In this document: in pieces, positions 9,015-17,768 of the stretch
How the letters are laid out: each line of letters begins with the position of its first letter
Position numbering within the stretch: position 1 is the first letter of the stretch
Assembly: GCA_963779415.1 (NCBI GenBank)
Contig: CAVZYA010000001.1
Location: 576,001 to 640,000, forward strand
Direction: 5' to 3'
DNA length: 64,000 nt
Source of the DNA: an uncultured Acidobacteriota bacterium
Lineage (GTDB): Bacteria > Acidobacteriota > Thermoanaerobaculia > UBA5066
Program-made: the position numbers and the translations under genes
Notes under the pieces: model-generated
What the model was told of the DNA's origin: nothing
Databases searched by the model: none
What the model saw: only the letters and a program-made list of their open reading frames with translations

Positions 9015-10472
9015 ATGGCTACACGTCTCAAGGATGTCGTCTCGGGATGGATGCGGCCCGCCGTCTACCTCGGCCACAACAAGATCACCGCCTTCGGCGC
9101 GATTCTGACGACGAGCACGGCGATCACGATGATGGCCGTCTGGTTCTACGAGTCGCTTCGCGGCATCGGGTCCATCCACCCTTACAGCGGCCTCGTCTTC
9201 TTCCTCCTCCTCCCCGGGGTCTTCGTCTGCGGCCTCATCCTGATGCCCCTCGGCGTCTGGCTCCGCCGGCGCCTCCTTCAGCGGAAGCACGAGCTGCCCG
9301 TCGAGTACCCGCAGATCGACCTGAAGAGCCCGGTCCTGCAGCGGGGCCTCCTCCTGATCGCGGCCCTGACCCTCGTCAACGTCCTCCTGATGGGAGTCTC
9401 GAGCTACAAGAGCGTCGAATACATGGACTCCCAGAAGTTCTGCGGACAGACCTGTCACAGCGTGATGGACCCCGAATACACCGCCTACGAGAACTCCCCC
9501 CACTCGCGCGTGGAGTGCGTCGGCTGTCACATCGGCCCCGGAGCGTCCTGGTTCGTGAAGTCGAAGATGTCGGGCCTCCGCCAGGTCTTCGCCGTCGCGT
9601 TCAAGACCTACTCCCGCCCGATCCCCTCCCCCGTCAAGGAGCTCCGCCCCGCCCGCGAGACGTGCGAGCAGTGCCACTGGCCGCAGCGCTTCTCGGGGGA
9701 CAAGTTCCTCGTGCGGCGGAAGTATCTCGACGACGAGAAGAACAGTCCGCAGACGACCGTCCTCGTCCTGAAGCTCGGCGGCCGGATCTCGAGCGGGGCC
9801 GTCGGCATCCACGGCCGGCACATCGACGCGACCGAGCGGATCGAGTACGTCTCGACCGACGAGAGGCGGCAGGTGATTCCGCGCGTCCACTACCGGGACG
9901 ACGCGGGGAAGACGGTGGAGTACGCCTCGACGGACCTGAAGGTGACGCCCGCCGAGCTCGCGAAGGGGGAGAGACGGAAGATGGACTGCGTCGACTGCCA
10001 CAACCGGCCGACGCACGCCTTCGAGCTGCCCGAGCGCGCGGTCGACCGCCGGATCGACCTCGGCCTCGTCAGCCGCGACCTCCCGTTCGTCAAGAAGAAG
10101 GCGGTGGAGCTGCTCCGGGCCGACTACGCGTCGCGCTCCGTCGCCCGGGAGAAGATCGTCGCTTCCCTCACGGAGTTCTACAGGACGCAGTACCCGGAGG
10201 TTTACCGGGATCACCGCGTCGCGGTGGAATCCGCCGCCGACGCGGTTCGGGACATCTACCTCCGGAACGTCTTTCCCGACATGAAGATCACCTGGGGGAC
10301 CTACCCGAACAACCTAGGGCACGAGGATTTCCTCGGCTGCTTCCGATGCCACGACGGGAACCACGCCGCGTCCGACGGGAAAGTGATCGCCTCCGACTGC
10401 GACACCTGTCATAACATCCTCGCCCAGGACGAAACGAACCCGAAGGTCCTCGCTCAGCTCGGCGTCCAGTAG
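9015..10472 (+). CDS. Membrane-anchored NapC/NirT-type multiheme cytochrome c (ImcH-like)
   Basis: AGGAGG RBS; 3 N-terminal TM helices; FCGQTCHSVMDPEY, ECVGCHIGPGA, RPARETCEQCHWP, MDCVDCHNRPTH, GCFRCHDG, DCDTCH = 6 heme motifs. Confidence 0.88.
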   Translation: MATRLKDVVSGWMRPAVYLGHNKITAFGAILTTSTAITMMAVWFYESLRGIGSIHPYSGLVFFLLLPGVFVCGLILMPLGVWLRRRLLQRKHELPVEYPQIDLKSPVLQRGLLLIAALTLVNVLLMGVSSYKSVEYMDSQKFCGQTCHSVMDPEYTAYENSPHSRVECVGCHIGPGASWFVKSKMSGLRQVFAVAFKTYSRPIPSPVKELRPARETCEQCHWPQRFSGDKFLVRRKYLDDEKNSPQTTVLVLKLGGRISSGAVGIHGRHIDATERIEYVSTDERRQVIPRVHYRDDAGKTVEYASTDLKVTPAELAKGERRKMDCVDCHNRPTHAFELPERAVDRRIDLGLVSRDLPFVKKKAVELLRADYASRSVAREKIVASLTEFYRTQYPEVYRDHRVAVESAADAVRDIYLRNVFPDMKITWGTYPNNLGHEDFLGCFRCHDGNHAASDGKVIASDCDTCHNILAQDETNPKVLAQLGVQ

Positions 10473-10480
10473 ACCAAGAG

Positions 10481-10957
10481 ATGGCGCGCGCGCCCGCTCC
10501 GATCACGCCTCTCGCCACGATCGCGCGGCATATGACGCCCTCGCCGGCGACGATCGAGTCGTCTCGCTCGCTCGCGGAGGCTCACCGGATGATGAGGCGC
10601 CACGGAATCCGGCACCTTCCGGTCGTCGCGGGCGGCGGTCTCGTCGGGATCCTCTCCCTGCGCGACCTCCATCTCCTCGAGACCCTTCGCGACGTCGATC
10701 CGGAGAAGGTCAAGGTGGACGAGGCCATGACCCGGAGCCCTTACACCGTCGAGCCCGGCACCGCCGTCGAGACGGTGGCGCAGACCCTCGCCGAGAACAA
10801 GTGGGGCTCCGCCGTCATCGTCGACGAAGGGAAGGTCGTCGGCATGTTCACGACGACCGACGCCCTGATGCTCCTCGGCCGCCTCCTGAAGAACGAGCGG
10901 CTCCGCGCGCACCGCGTCCGCCGCCTCCGCCGCAAACGCGCCGGACTCGCGGAGTAG
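10481..10957 (+). CDS. CBS domain protein
   Basis: MTPSPATI...IRHLPVV...LVGILSLRD; MTRSPYTV...GSAVIVDEGKVVGMFTTTD. Confidence 0.88.
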   Translation: MARAPAPITPLATIARHMTPSPATIESSRSLAEAHRMMRRHGIRHLPVVAGGGLVGILSLRDLHLLETLRDVDPEKVKVDEAMTRSPYTVEPGTAVETVAQTLAENKWGSAVIVDEGKVVGMFTTTDALMLLGRLLKNERLRAHRVRRLRRKRAGLAE

Positions 10958-11005
10958 CGTTTTCTCCGCCGCGGAGGGCCCGTGGCCGGGTTCCCCCTAT
11001 TCATG

Positions 11006-11668
11006 TCAGATCCAGCCTCTCCGGAAGGCCACGGCGATCGCCTCGACCTGGCTGTGCACCTCCAGCTTCCGGAGGATGTTCTGGATGTGATTCCGGACCG
11101 TCGCGTGCGACAGGTTGAGCTTCGCGGCGATGTTCAGCGCTGCATAGCCGTTCGACAGGAGAACGACGATCTCGCGCTCTCGCACCGTCAGCGGAGAGAC
11201 CGAAAGGACCGGGTCGGCATTCGCCGCGTCACCGGACGGGCGCGCCGCCGAACGGAGCGACAGGACCAGCCGCTCCATCTCGACCGGGTCTCCCCGCTCG
11301 ACGAGGTGCATCAGACAGCTCACGGTCCGAGCACCGGCCGGAAGAGGGACGACGCGGACCTTGACGCGCTGGGTCCCCCCTTTCCGCCGCGCGACCTCCA
11401 TGAAGAAGGGCTCGACGCTCGCTCCTTCCACGGCCGTCCGGACGATGGCGCAATCGCGCATGCAGTAGAGGTTCCCGAACGGATCACGCCCGGCAAGGAC
11501 GGAAAAGCAGGGCTTCCCGAGAACCTCGTCCGCCGTCCAGCCGAGCAGCTTCTCGGCGGCGGCGTTCCAGTAGATGATCTTCTCGTTCCGGTCCATCGCG
11601 AAGGCGGCCGTGCCGGACCCCGCAATGAGGTCGAGCGCATCCGCCGTCGGGAGCTCTACCGAGGCCAT
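11006..11668 (-). CDS. PAS + LuxR-HTH one-component transcriptional regulator
   Basis: IIYWNAAAEKLLGWTADEVLGKPC (PAS); LTVREREIVVLLSNGY...IAAKLNLSHATVRNHIQNILRKLEV (LuxR HTH). Confidence 0.9.
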   Translation of the reverse strand: MASVELPTADALDLIAGSGTAAFAMDRNEKIIYWNAAAEKLLGWTADEVLGKPCFSVLAGRDPFGNLYCMRDCAIVRTAVEGASVEPFFMEVARRKGGTQRVKVRVVPLPAGARTVSCLMHLVERGDPVEMERLVLSLRSAARPSGDAANADPVLSVSPLTVREREIVVLLSNGYAALNIAAKLNLSHATVRNHIQNILRKLEVHSQVEAIAVAFRRGWI

Positions 11669-11714
11669 GAGGGGACATTTTTACCACGCTTTTCCATGAT
11701 CAGGATGCTTCAGA

Positions 11715-12503
11715 TCAATCGGATGCTGGGGACCCCCGGTTCGCCCGGACGACGAAGACCGTGTCGGGAGAGTGATCCGCGATCCAGGATTCCCTCTGCA
11801 TCCCCCCCGCCACGCTCTCCACGTCGAACCCGTCTTCGGCGAATGCGGCCTCCAGATCCGCCCTCCGGTATCCGCGGAGCCGGACATTGTGCGCCGAGGC
11901 GACGGCGACGGGAGGCTCCTCTCCGGGGCGCCAGACGAGAGTCGTCGGGGTGAAAAGCACGCTTCCGTCCTCCCGCGGGTCCATCAGACGGAGGAAGACG
12001 ACGGCCCCGGAAGGGTCGTCCCGGACGTTTACCGGAAGGCTCCGGATCCGCTTCGAAAAGATCCGGTCGTAGTTCAGGAGCTGAAGGAGGAACGGCGCTC
12101 CGGGGGCGAGCCGCCCCGCGAGCCCCCGAAGAAAGGCGCGAAGGTCCTCGGGATCCGCGAGGTTCGGCACCGTGTTGCCGAGACAGATCGCACCGCCGAA
12201 GCCGTCCGGAACGAGCGTGGCGATTCCCCGGAGATCCGCCTCCACGAAGAGGGCCCTCCCCTCGACAGACCGGCGGGCCCCCTCGATCTGGCCCGGCGAG
12301 ACGTCCACGCCGGTGACTTCGAATCCGATCGAAGCGAGGAAGAGAGCGTGCTCGCCGGTGCCGCACCCGAGATCGAGGATCCGGCGGTTCGGGCCGCTTC
12401 CGAGAACGTCGCGGAGAAGCGGCTCCTCCCGCCGGATCCTCTCCGGCCAGGCGACGAGGCGCCGATACCCGAGGCGCGCGTAAGGATCGTCGGGCTCACT
12501 CAT
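11715..12503 (-). CDS. Class I SAM-dependent methyltransferase
   Basis: ILDLGCGTGEH motif I, GVDVS, CLGNT; resembles the glycine/sarcosine N-methyltransferase-like group. Confidence 0.85.
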   Translation of the reverse strand: MSEPDDPYARLGYRRLVAWPERIRREEPLLRDVLGSGPNRRILDLGCGTGEHALFLASIGFEVTGVDVSPGQIEGARRSVEGRALFVEADLRGIATLVPDGFGGAICLGNTVPNLADPEDLRAFLRGLAGRLAPGAPFLLQLLNYDRIFSKRIRSLPVNVRDDPSGAVVFLRLMDPREDGSVLFTPTTLVWRPGEEPPVAVASAHNVRLRGYRRADLEAAFAEDGFDVESVAGGMQRESWIADHSPDTVFVVRANRGSPASD

Positions 12504-12539
12504 CGTCCCGCGCGGGCCGTCCGCCCCCGGGGGGCCCGG

Positions 12540-13154
12540 CTACTTCTTCCGGGTGTAGTTGATCTCGAGCACCTTGAAGATCTTCCCGTCGGGCCCCGGC
12601 CCCCACATCTCGAATTTGTGGTGGTCGTTGTCGACGATCGTGAGAACACTCTTGATCTTCGCCGGCTTTTTCGCGATGACGTCGTCCACGACGGACCAGC
12701 TGGTCAGCTTCTTCCCCGACGCGTCCATGGTGCCCGTGGACGTCATGATCATCGTCCCCATACTGTCCATCCAGGCGCCGACATACTTTTTCTTGTAGTT
12801 GTCGTAACCCGTATAGCCGACTCCGCTGAAGGGTTGCCCCATCATCGTTCCGGTGACGTTCTGCTCGACGAATCGGTTGCCGAGGATCCATTTGTTCTCC
12901 GAGGTCCCCACCGTCTCTTCGGGGGGCTTCCCGGGCGCCATCCAGCTCGTCGTCTTCACGTCGAACGTTCCGACGATCGGCTCGAGCTTCTTGTGCGCCT
13001 CCCCCGGCGAGGCGACCGCCGTCCAGGCTTTCATCATCTCTTCCTGCGAGGGCGCCTTCGGGGCCTCGGTCGTCTTCGGTTTGTCCTCGGCGGCGGCTGG
13101 AAGGGCGAGCAGGGCCCCCACGGCGAGGGCGGCAGCAGCTTGGGCAATCCTCAT
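12540..13154 (-). CDS. Secreted DUF1579-like protein
   Basis: AAGGAGG RBS, TAGAAT -10 upstream; signal peptide; PGEAHKKL..VGTF...GNRF...GYTGYDNYKKKYVGAWMDSMGT. Confidence 0.8.
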   Translation of the reverse strand: MRIAQAAAALAVGALLALPAAAEDKPKTTEAPKAPSQEEMMKAWTAVASPGEAHKKLEPIVGTFDVKTTSWMAPGKPPEETVGTSENKWILGNRFVEQNVTGTMMGQPFSGVGYTGYDNYKKKYVGAWMDSMGTMIMTSTGTMDASGKKLTSWSVVDDVIAKKPAKIKSVLTIVDNDHHKFEMWGPGPDGKIFKVLEINYTRKK

Positions 13155-13243
13155 GGTCGCAATCCTCCTTTTGTTGAGATTCATTCTACGGAGCTTACGC
13201 GGACTCCAAGCCGTCGGATTCGGTCGAGAGGCGGTCCCGGGTC

Positions 13244-13669
13244 CTAGACCAGCTTCGCGCTGAGACGGATCTCGGCGCCGGTGAAGAGGTTCGAGATGGG
13301 ACACCCCTTCTTCGCGGCCTCGGCCAGCTCCTGGAACTTCTCCGGGCTGATGCCGGGGACGACGGCTTCCGTGGCGAGCTCGATCACCGGGATCCGGAAG
13401 CCCTCGGGGCGCTTCTCCAGGTGGACCTTCGCCACGGTCGAGACGCGCGTCGGGGTATGCCCGGCCGACGCCAGGCCGTTGGAAAACGCCATCGAGAAGC
13501 ACCCCGCGTGCGCCGCCGCCGCCAGCTCCTCGGGGTTCGTGCCCGCCCCTTCCTCGAACCGGGACTGGAAGGAAAAGGCGCCTTCGTAAGCCCCGCTCCC
13601 CAGCTTCATCTTCCCCTTGCCGCTCTTCAGATCGCCTTCCCAGACGGCGGATGCGGTTCTCGTCGGCAT
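13244..13669 (-). CDS. osmC: OsmC family peroxiredoxin
   Basis: SAVWEGDLKSGKG, SRFEEGAGTNPEEL, AHAGCFSMA, AKKGCPIS; GGAGGA RBS. Confidence 0.93.
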   Translation of the reverse strand: MPTRTASAVWEGDLKSGKGKMKLGSGAYEGAFSFQSRFEEGAGTNPEELAAAAHAGCFSMAFSNGLASAGHTPTRVSTVAKVHLEKRPEGFRIPVIELATEAVVPGISPEKFQELAEAAKKGCPISNLFTGAEIRLSAKLV

Positions 13670-13722
13670 CGATTCCTCCTTCTTGGTCAACTGGCGCGGG
13701 CCGGCGGCCCGTCGCGAATCGA

Positions 13723-14490
13723 TTATGCCCTTTGGAGAAAGAGGAGGATCGTGATCCCGAAGCCGATGACGACGACGGCGACCCGGGCCTTCTCCTTTCC
13801 GATCCGCCGCGCGAAGTGCGCTCCGGCGTAGCCGCCGAGCGTCGCGCCGAGAACCATGACCAGCGCGACCGGCCAGACGACCGCTCCCCGGAGGATGAAG
13901 TAGCCGGCCGCCACGCTGTTGATGCAGATCCCGAAGAAGTTCTTGAGCCCGTTCATCGCGTGAATGTCCTCGAGCCCGAGAAAGCCGAGGATCACGAGCA
14001 TCAGGATTCCGATTCCCGCGCCGAAGTAGCCGCCGTAGATCGCGACGCCGAACTGCAGCGCCCATGCGAACGCCCACCTCTCGAGGCCGGGCTTCTTCGT
14101 CCCGTCCTCGCCGTCCCGCAGCCGCGAAGAGACGATCTGGAAGAGGAAGAGGAGCGTCGCGAAGAGGACGAGGTACGGGGCGAGGCGCGCGAAGACCTTC
14201 TCCGGCGTCATCAGGAGGAGGACGGAGCCGAGCGCGCCGCCGACGAGGCTCGGGACGAGGAGCGTCTTGAGCCATTCACGATGCGTGGCCACTTCGCGCC
14301 GGTAGCCCGCCATGCTCGAGGCCGCTCCCGGGAGAAGCGCCACGGTCGAGGTCGCGTTCGCCTGGATGGCGGGCATCCCGAGAAAGACGAGCGTCGGGAA
14401 GGTGAGGAGCGTCCCGCCTCCGGCGAGGGCGTTCATGATCCCCCCGCCGGCCGAAGCCGCGAGCATGACGGCGACCTCGAAGCTCTTCAC
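13723..14490 (-). CDS. Sulfite exporter TauE/SafE family membrane protein
   Basis: NALAGGGTLLTFP, ANATSTVAL, YGGYFGAGIG, NGLKN; about 8 TM helices; GTGA overlap with the upstream gene. Confidence 0.88.
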   Translation of the reverse strand: MKSFEVAVMLAASAGGGIMNALAGGGTLLTFPTLVFLGMPAIQANATSTVALLPGAASSMAGYRREVATHREWLKTLLVPSLVGGALGSVLLLMTPEKVFARLAPYLVLFATLLFLFQIVSSRLRDGEDGTKKPGLERWAFAWALQFGVAIYGGYFGAGIGILMLVILGFLGLEDIHAMNGLKNFFGICINSVAAGYFILRGAVVWPVALVMVLGATLGGYAGAHFARRIGKEKARVAVVVIGFGITILLFLQRA

Positions 14491-16541
14491 CGCCCTTCCC
14501 CGAGGCCCCGCTTCGTCAGCCCGTAGACCGCGAACGTCCCGAGCCAGTGCCCTCCCTCGTAGTGCTCTCCCGTGATGGCCGCGAGGCCGGCGGCGCGGTG
14601 CGCGAGCGCGGCGTTCCGAAGGGACGGAATCCGCGGGTCGCCCGCCGGAAGACCGGACGCGATCCCCTCGAGCATGAAGGAGCGGCTGAGGTTGAGGCCG
14701 TCGAGGTGGGCCAGCTTTCCGTCACCCGCGTCCGTCGTCACGCCGGGCCGGATCCAGTCGCCCGTGGCGTCCGAAGGCACCTCGGGGAGGAAGGCTCCGA
14801 GCCACGAGGCGAAGGGCAAAGGCGGAAGGACGCGTCGGACGAGATCGGCCTCCGCGAGGCAGGGCGAAAGGAAATCCTGCCCCGACGGCTCGTACCCGAG
14901 GGGGCAGCCCCTGTCGCCGCCATACAGCTCGAGAATCCGGCGCTCGAGGAGCGACGCCTTCCCGGTCTCCCCCGCGCCGCGCGCCCAGTCGAGGACGAGG
15001 CCGAAGGCGAAGGCCGTCTGCGCGTGTTCCCCCTCGCGAATAGGATAGGAGAGCTTCGGAATCCAGCCGAAGAGCTGTGCGGCGGCCGCCTGCTCCAGCG
15101 GGCGGAGCGCCGCCGACCAGGCCCGCGCCTCGGGATCGTTCCATTCGCGGAGCTCGGCGGCGAGCTGGAGAAGCCACGCGAGCCCGTACGGACGCTCGAA
15201 GGTGCCGCGTCCCGGACCCTCGAGGTAGGCGACCTCTCCGGCCACATTCGCCGGCGTCAGGCTCTTCGCGAGCGCCGCCCGCGCCCGCGCGGCGAGCGGA
15301 TCGCCCGGGGCGAGACGCGCCATCCGCGCGAGAAGCCAGTGGCCATGAACCGACGAATGCCAGTCGTAGCAGCCGTAGAAGGCCGGCGTCAGCTTCCGGG
15401 GCGGAAGGGCGTCCGCGTCGGAGTTCATCACGTGGGCGATCTTGTTCGGGTACTCGCGGTGAACGCAGTCGAGCGCGAGGCGGGCATAGCGGGCCACCGC
15501 CTCGAGCCCCCCCGGAACCGGGACGACCTCGCTGGTGCCGAGCCCGTCCGGCTCCTTGCCGGCCGGGAACCCCCCGACGACCTCCATCCGGGCGAGGTCG
15601 ACGACGGCCACGACGTCCGCGTTGGAGTTCGCGACGAAGACGGACGTGCCGGAGGGCGGGACGAGAATCCCGACGGGTGCCGGACTTGCCCCGAACATTC
15701 CGGAGAAGAGGCGGCCCGACGGGTCGACCGCCTTGGCGGACATCGGGATCCGGCCGGTCTCCTTTCGGGTGGCCCGGTCGAAGACGGCGACGTCCCCGCT
15801 GCGGGCCCGCGAGACGAGGACGCCCCGCCCGTCCCGCGTGAAGGCGACACGGATCGGAAACGAGGGACAGGCAAGCGTCGCGCGAACCTCGAGCGTCGCC
15901 GCGTCGACGACGCTGACCGTGTCGGACGCGCGGTTCGCCACCCAGACCTCCGTTCCGTCCGGCGAGACCGCGATTCCCTCCGCGCCGGCCCCCGTTGCCG
16001 TCGACCGGACGGTCCCCGTCGCGACGTCGATCGCGGTGACGCTCCCCGACCCGACGTTCGCGACGAAGATCCTCGCTCCGTCGGGCGAGACGGCGAGCAT
16101 GTGCGACGTCTCGGCCCCGGTCGCCCAGGTCCGGAGGACCCTTCCCGACGGAACGTCGACGAGGGCGACGGCCTGGTTCGCCTCTGCGGTCACGGCCACC
16201 GTCCTGCCGTCCGGAAGGAAGGCGAGGCCGTGCGGGCGGCGCAGCTCTCCGAGGTCGATCGTCCGGACGGCCCGCGCCCCGGCCACGTCGAGGACCGTCA
16301 GCGTCCGCCCGTCCTTTCCCCGGACGCCGTAGTTCGAGACGACCGCCGTCCGGCCGTCGGGCGAAACGGCCACCTCGTGCGGCCCGAGCCCGACGGGGAC
16401 CGTCGCGGAGACGGCGCCCGTCCTCTCGTCGAGAAGAGAGACGTTCGCCTCCGACTTGTTCAGGACGAGGAGCGTCCCGTCGGCACGGAGGGCGCGCGGC
16501 AGGAGAAGCACCAATGCGAGCGCGGCAGCACCGAGTCTCAT
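14487..16541 (-). CDS. Secreted fusion of a YncE/YVTN beta-propeller and DUF2891
   Basis: Signal peptide; repeats PHEVAVSPDG, PHGLAFLPDG, SHMLAVSPDG, AEGIAVSPDG; C-terminal REYPNK...PAFYGCYDWHSSVHGHW...FERPYG..W...HLDGLNLSR...YEGGHWLGTFA. Confidence 0.85.
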   Translation of the reverse strand: MRLGAAALALVLLLPRALRADGTLLVLNKSEANVSLLDERTGAVSATVPVGLGPHEVAVSPDGRTAVVSNYGVRGKDGRTLTVLDVAGARAVRTIDLGELRRPHGLAFLPDGRTVAVTAEANQAVALVDVPSGRVLRTWATGAETSHMLAVSPDGARIFVANVGSGSVTAIDVATGTVRSTATGAGAEGIAVSPDGTEVWVANRASDTVSVVDAATLEVRATLACPSFPIRVAFTRDGRGVLVSRARSGDVAVFDRATRKETGRIPMSAKAVDPSGRLFSGMFGASPAPVGILVPPSGTSVFVANSNADVVAVVDLARMEVVGGFPAGKEPDGLGTSEVVPVPGGLEAVARYARLALDCVHREYPNKIAHVMNSDADALPPRKLTPAFYGCYDWHSSVHGHWLLARMARLAPGDPLAARARAALAKSLTPANVAGEVAYLEGPGRGTFERPYGLAWLLQLAAELREWNDPEARAWSAALRPLEQAAAAQLFGWIPKLSYPIREGEHAQTAFAFGLVLDWARGAGETGKASLLERRILELYGGDRGCPLGYEPSGQDFLSPCLAEADLVRRVLPPLPFASWLGAFLPEVPSDATGDWIRPGVTTDAGDGKLAHLDGLNLSRSFMLEGIASGLPAGDPRIPSLRNAALAHRAAGLAAITGEHYEGGHWLGTFAVYGLTKRGLGEGR

Positions 16542-16569
16542 TCCGACATGCTACCGCGCGGCGAAGGCG

Positions 16570-16887
16570 TCAGCCGGAGCGCGGGCCGAGCGGCAGAAGC
16601 GACAGCTGCGAAACGCTCTTCTCCAGCCGCGCGATCTTCTTCCTCGGTTCCGACTTCGAGAGCGACCAGGCCCCCTGCAGATGGAGCCAGTACTCCGGGT
16701 CGGTGCCGAACGCCTGTGCGAAGAGCCACGCGGTCCGCGGCGTCACGCTGCGCCTCCCGTGGACGATCTCGAGGATCGTCTTCTCCGAGAGGTGGACGTG
16801 CCGGGCGAGGGTCGCGTGCGTGACGCCGAGAGGCCCGAGGAACTTCTCCTCGAGAACCTGCCCCGGATGCGGGGGTTTCGACTCCAT
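16570..16887 (-). CDS. higA: HigA-family addiction-module antitoxin (XRE HTH), no adjacent toxin
   Basis: PPHPGQVLEEKFLGPLG...EIVHGRRSVT..TAWLFAQAFGTDPEYWLHLQ. Confidence 0.85.
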   Translation of the reverse strand: MESKPPHPGQVLEEKFLGPLGVTHATLARHVHLSEKTILEIVHGRRSVTPRTAWLFAQAFGTDPEYWLHLQGAWSLSKSEPRKKIARLEKSVSQLSLLPLGPRSG

Positions 16888-16951
16888 GCCGATGACCTCT
16901 CGCGCGATCCTACCGCGTGCCGGACCGGCCGAGGCCCCTAGAATGCGCTCC

Positions 16952-17689
16952 GTGCCGAACAAGTACCTCTCCGAAGGCGAGGAGCGCGCCCCGAAGGTCC
17001 GGGAGATGTTCTCGCTCCTCGCGGGGCGCTACGACCTGATCAACGACCTGATGTCCGCGGGCCTCCACCGGAAATGGAAGCGGGAAACCGTGACGCTTGC
17101 GCTCGAAGGGAAGAAGGGGCGCCTCCGGCTCCTCGACCTCTGCTGCGGGACGGGCGACCTCGCCTTCCTCGCCGAGAAGGCCGCGCCCGAGGCGGCGGTG
17201 ACCGGCGCCGATTTCACCCTTCCGATGCTCCGGATCGCCCGAAAGAGACGATCGGCCGCGAGCGGTCGCAGCCGCTTCACCCAGGCCGACGCCCTCCGGC
17301 TCCCCTTCCGGAGCGGAGCCTTCGACGCCATCACCATCGGCTACGGCCTCCGGAACGTGGCCGACCTTCCGAAGGCGCTCTCGGAGATGCGCCGCGTCCT
17401 CGCGCCGGGCGGCCGGCTCGTCGTCCTCGACTTCGGCAAGCCGGCGAATCCCGTCGCGGCGTGGCTCTACAACGCCTTTCTCCATACGGTCATGCCGGTC
17501 ATGGGGACCCTCTTCCACGGGGACCCCGAGACCTATCTCTACATTCCCGAGTCTCTCCGGAAGTTCCCGGCGCAGAAGGGGGTCGAGGAGCTGATGAGAG
17601 AGGCCGGTTTCGTCCGCGCTCGCTACCAGAACCGCCTTCTCGGGACGATGGGCCTCAACGTCGGCGAAGCGCCCGGCGGGGCGACATGA
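16952..17689 (+). CDS. menG: Ubiquinone/menaquinone biosynthesis C-methyltransferase (UbiE/MenG)
   Basis: VREMFSLLAGRYDLINDLMSAGLHRKWK, LLDLCCGTGDL, GYGLRNV, YLYIPESL; start is GTG 16952 (leaderless after TAGAAT) or ATG 16943. Confidence 0.9.
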   Translation: MPNKYLSEGEERAPKVREMFSLLAGRYDLINDLMSAGLHRKWKRETVTLALEGKKGRLRLLDLCCGTGDLAFLAEKAAPEAAVTGADFTLPMLRIARKRRSAASGRSRFTQADALRLPFRSGAFDAITIGYGLRNVADLPKALSEMRRVLAPGGRLVVLDFGKPANPVAAWLYNAFLHTVMPVMGTLFHGDPETYLYIPESLRKFPAQKGVEELMREAGFVRARYQNRLLGTMGLNVGEAPGGAT

Positions 17690-17768
17690 GGACGACTGGT
17701 CACTTTGAACCAAGGAGGCCCCCGGCCACATGTGGGATAGTTTCCCCGGATCCGTTGGGAGGGCTCGC

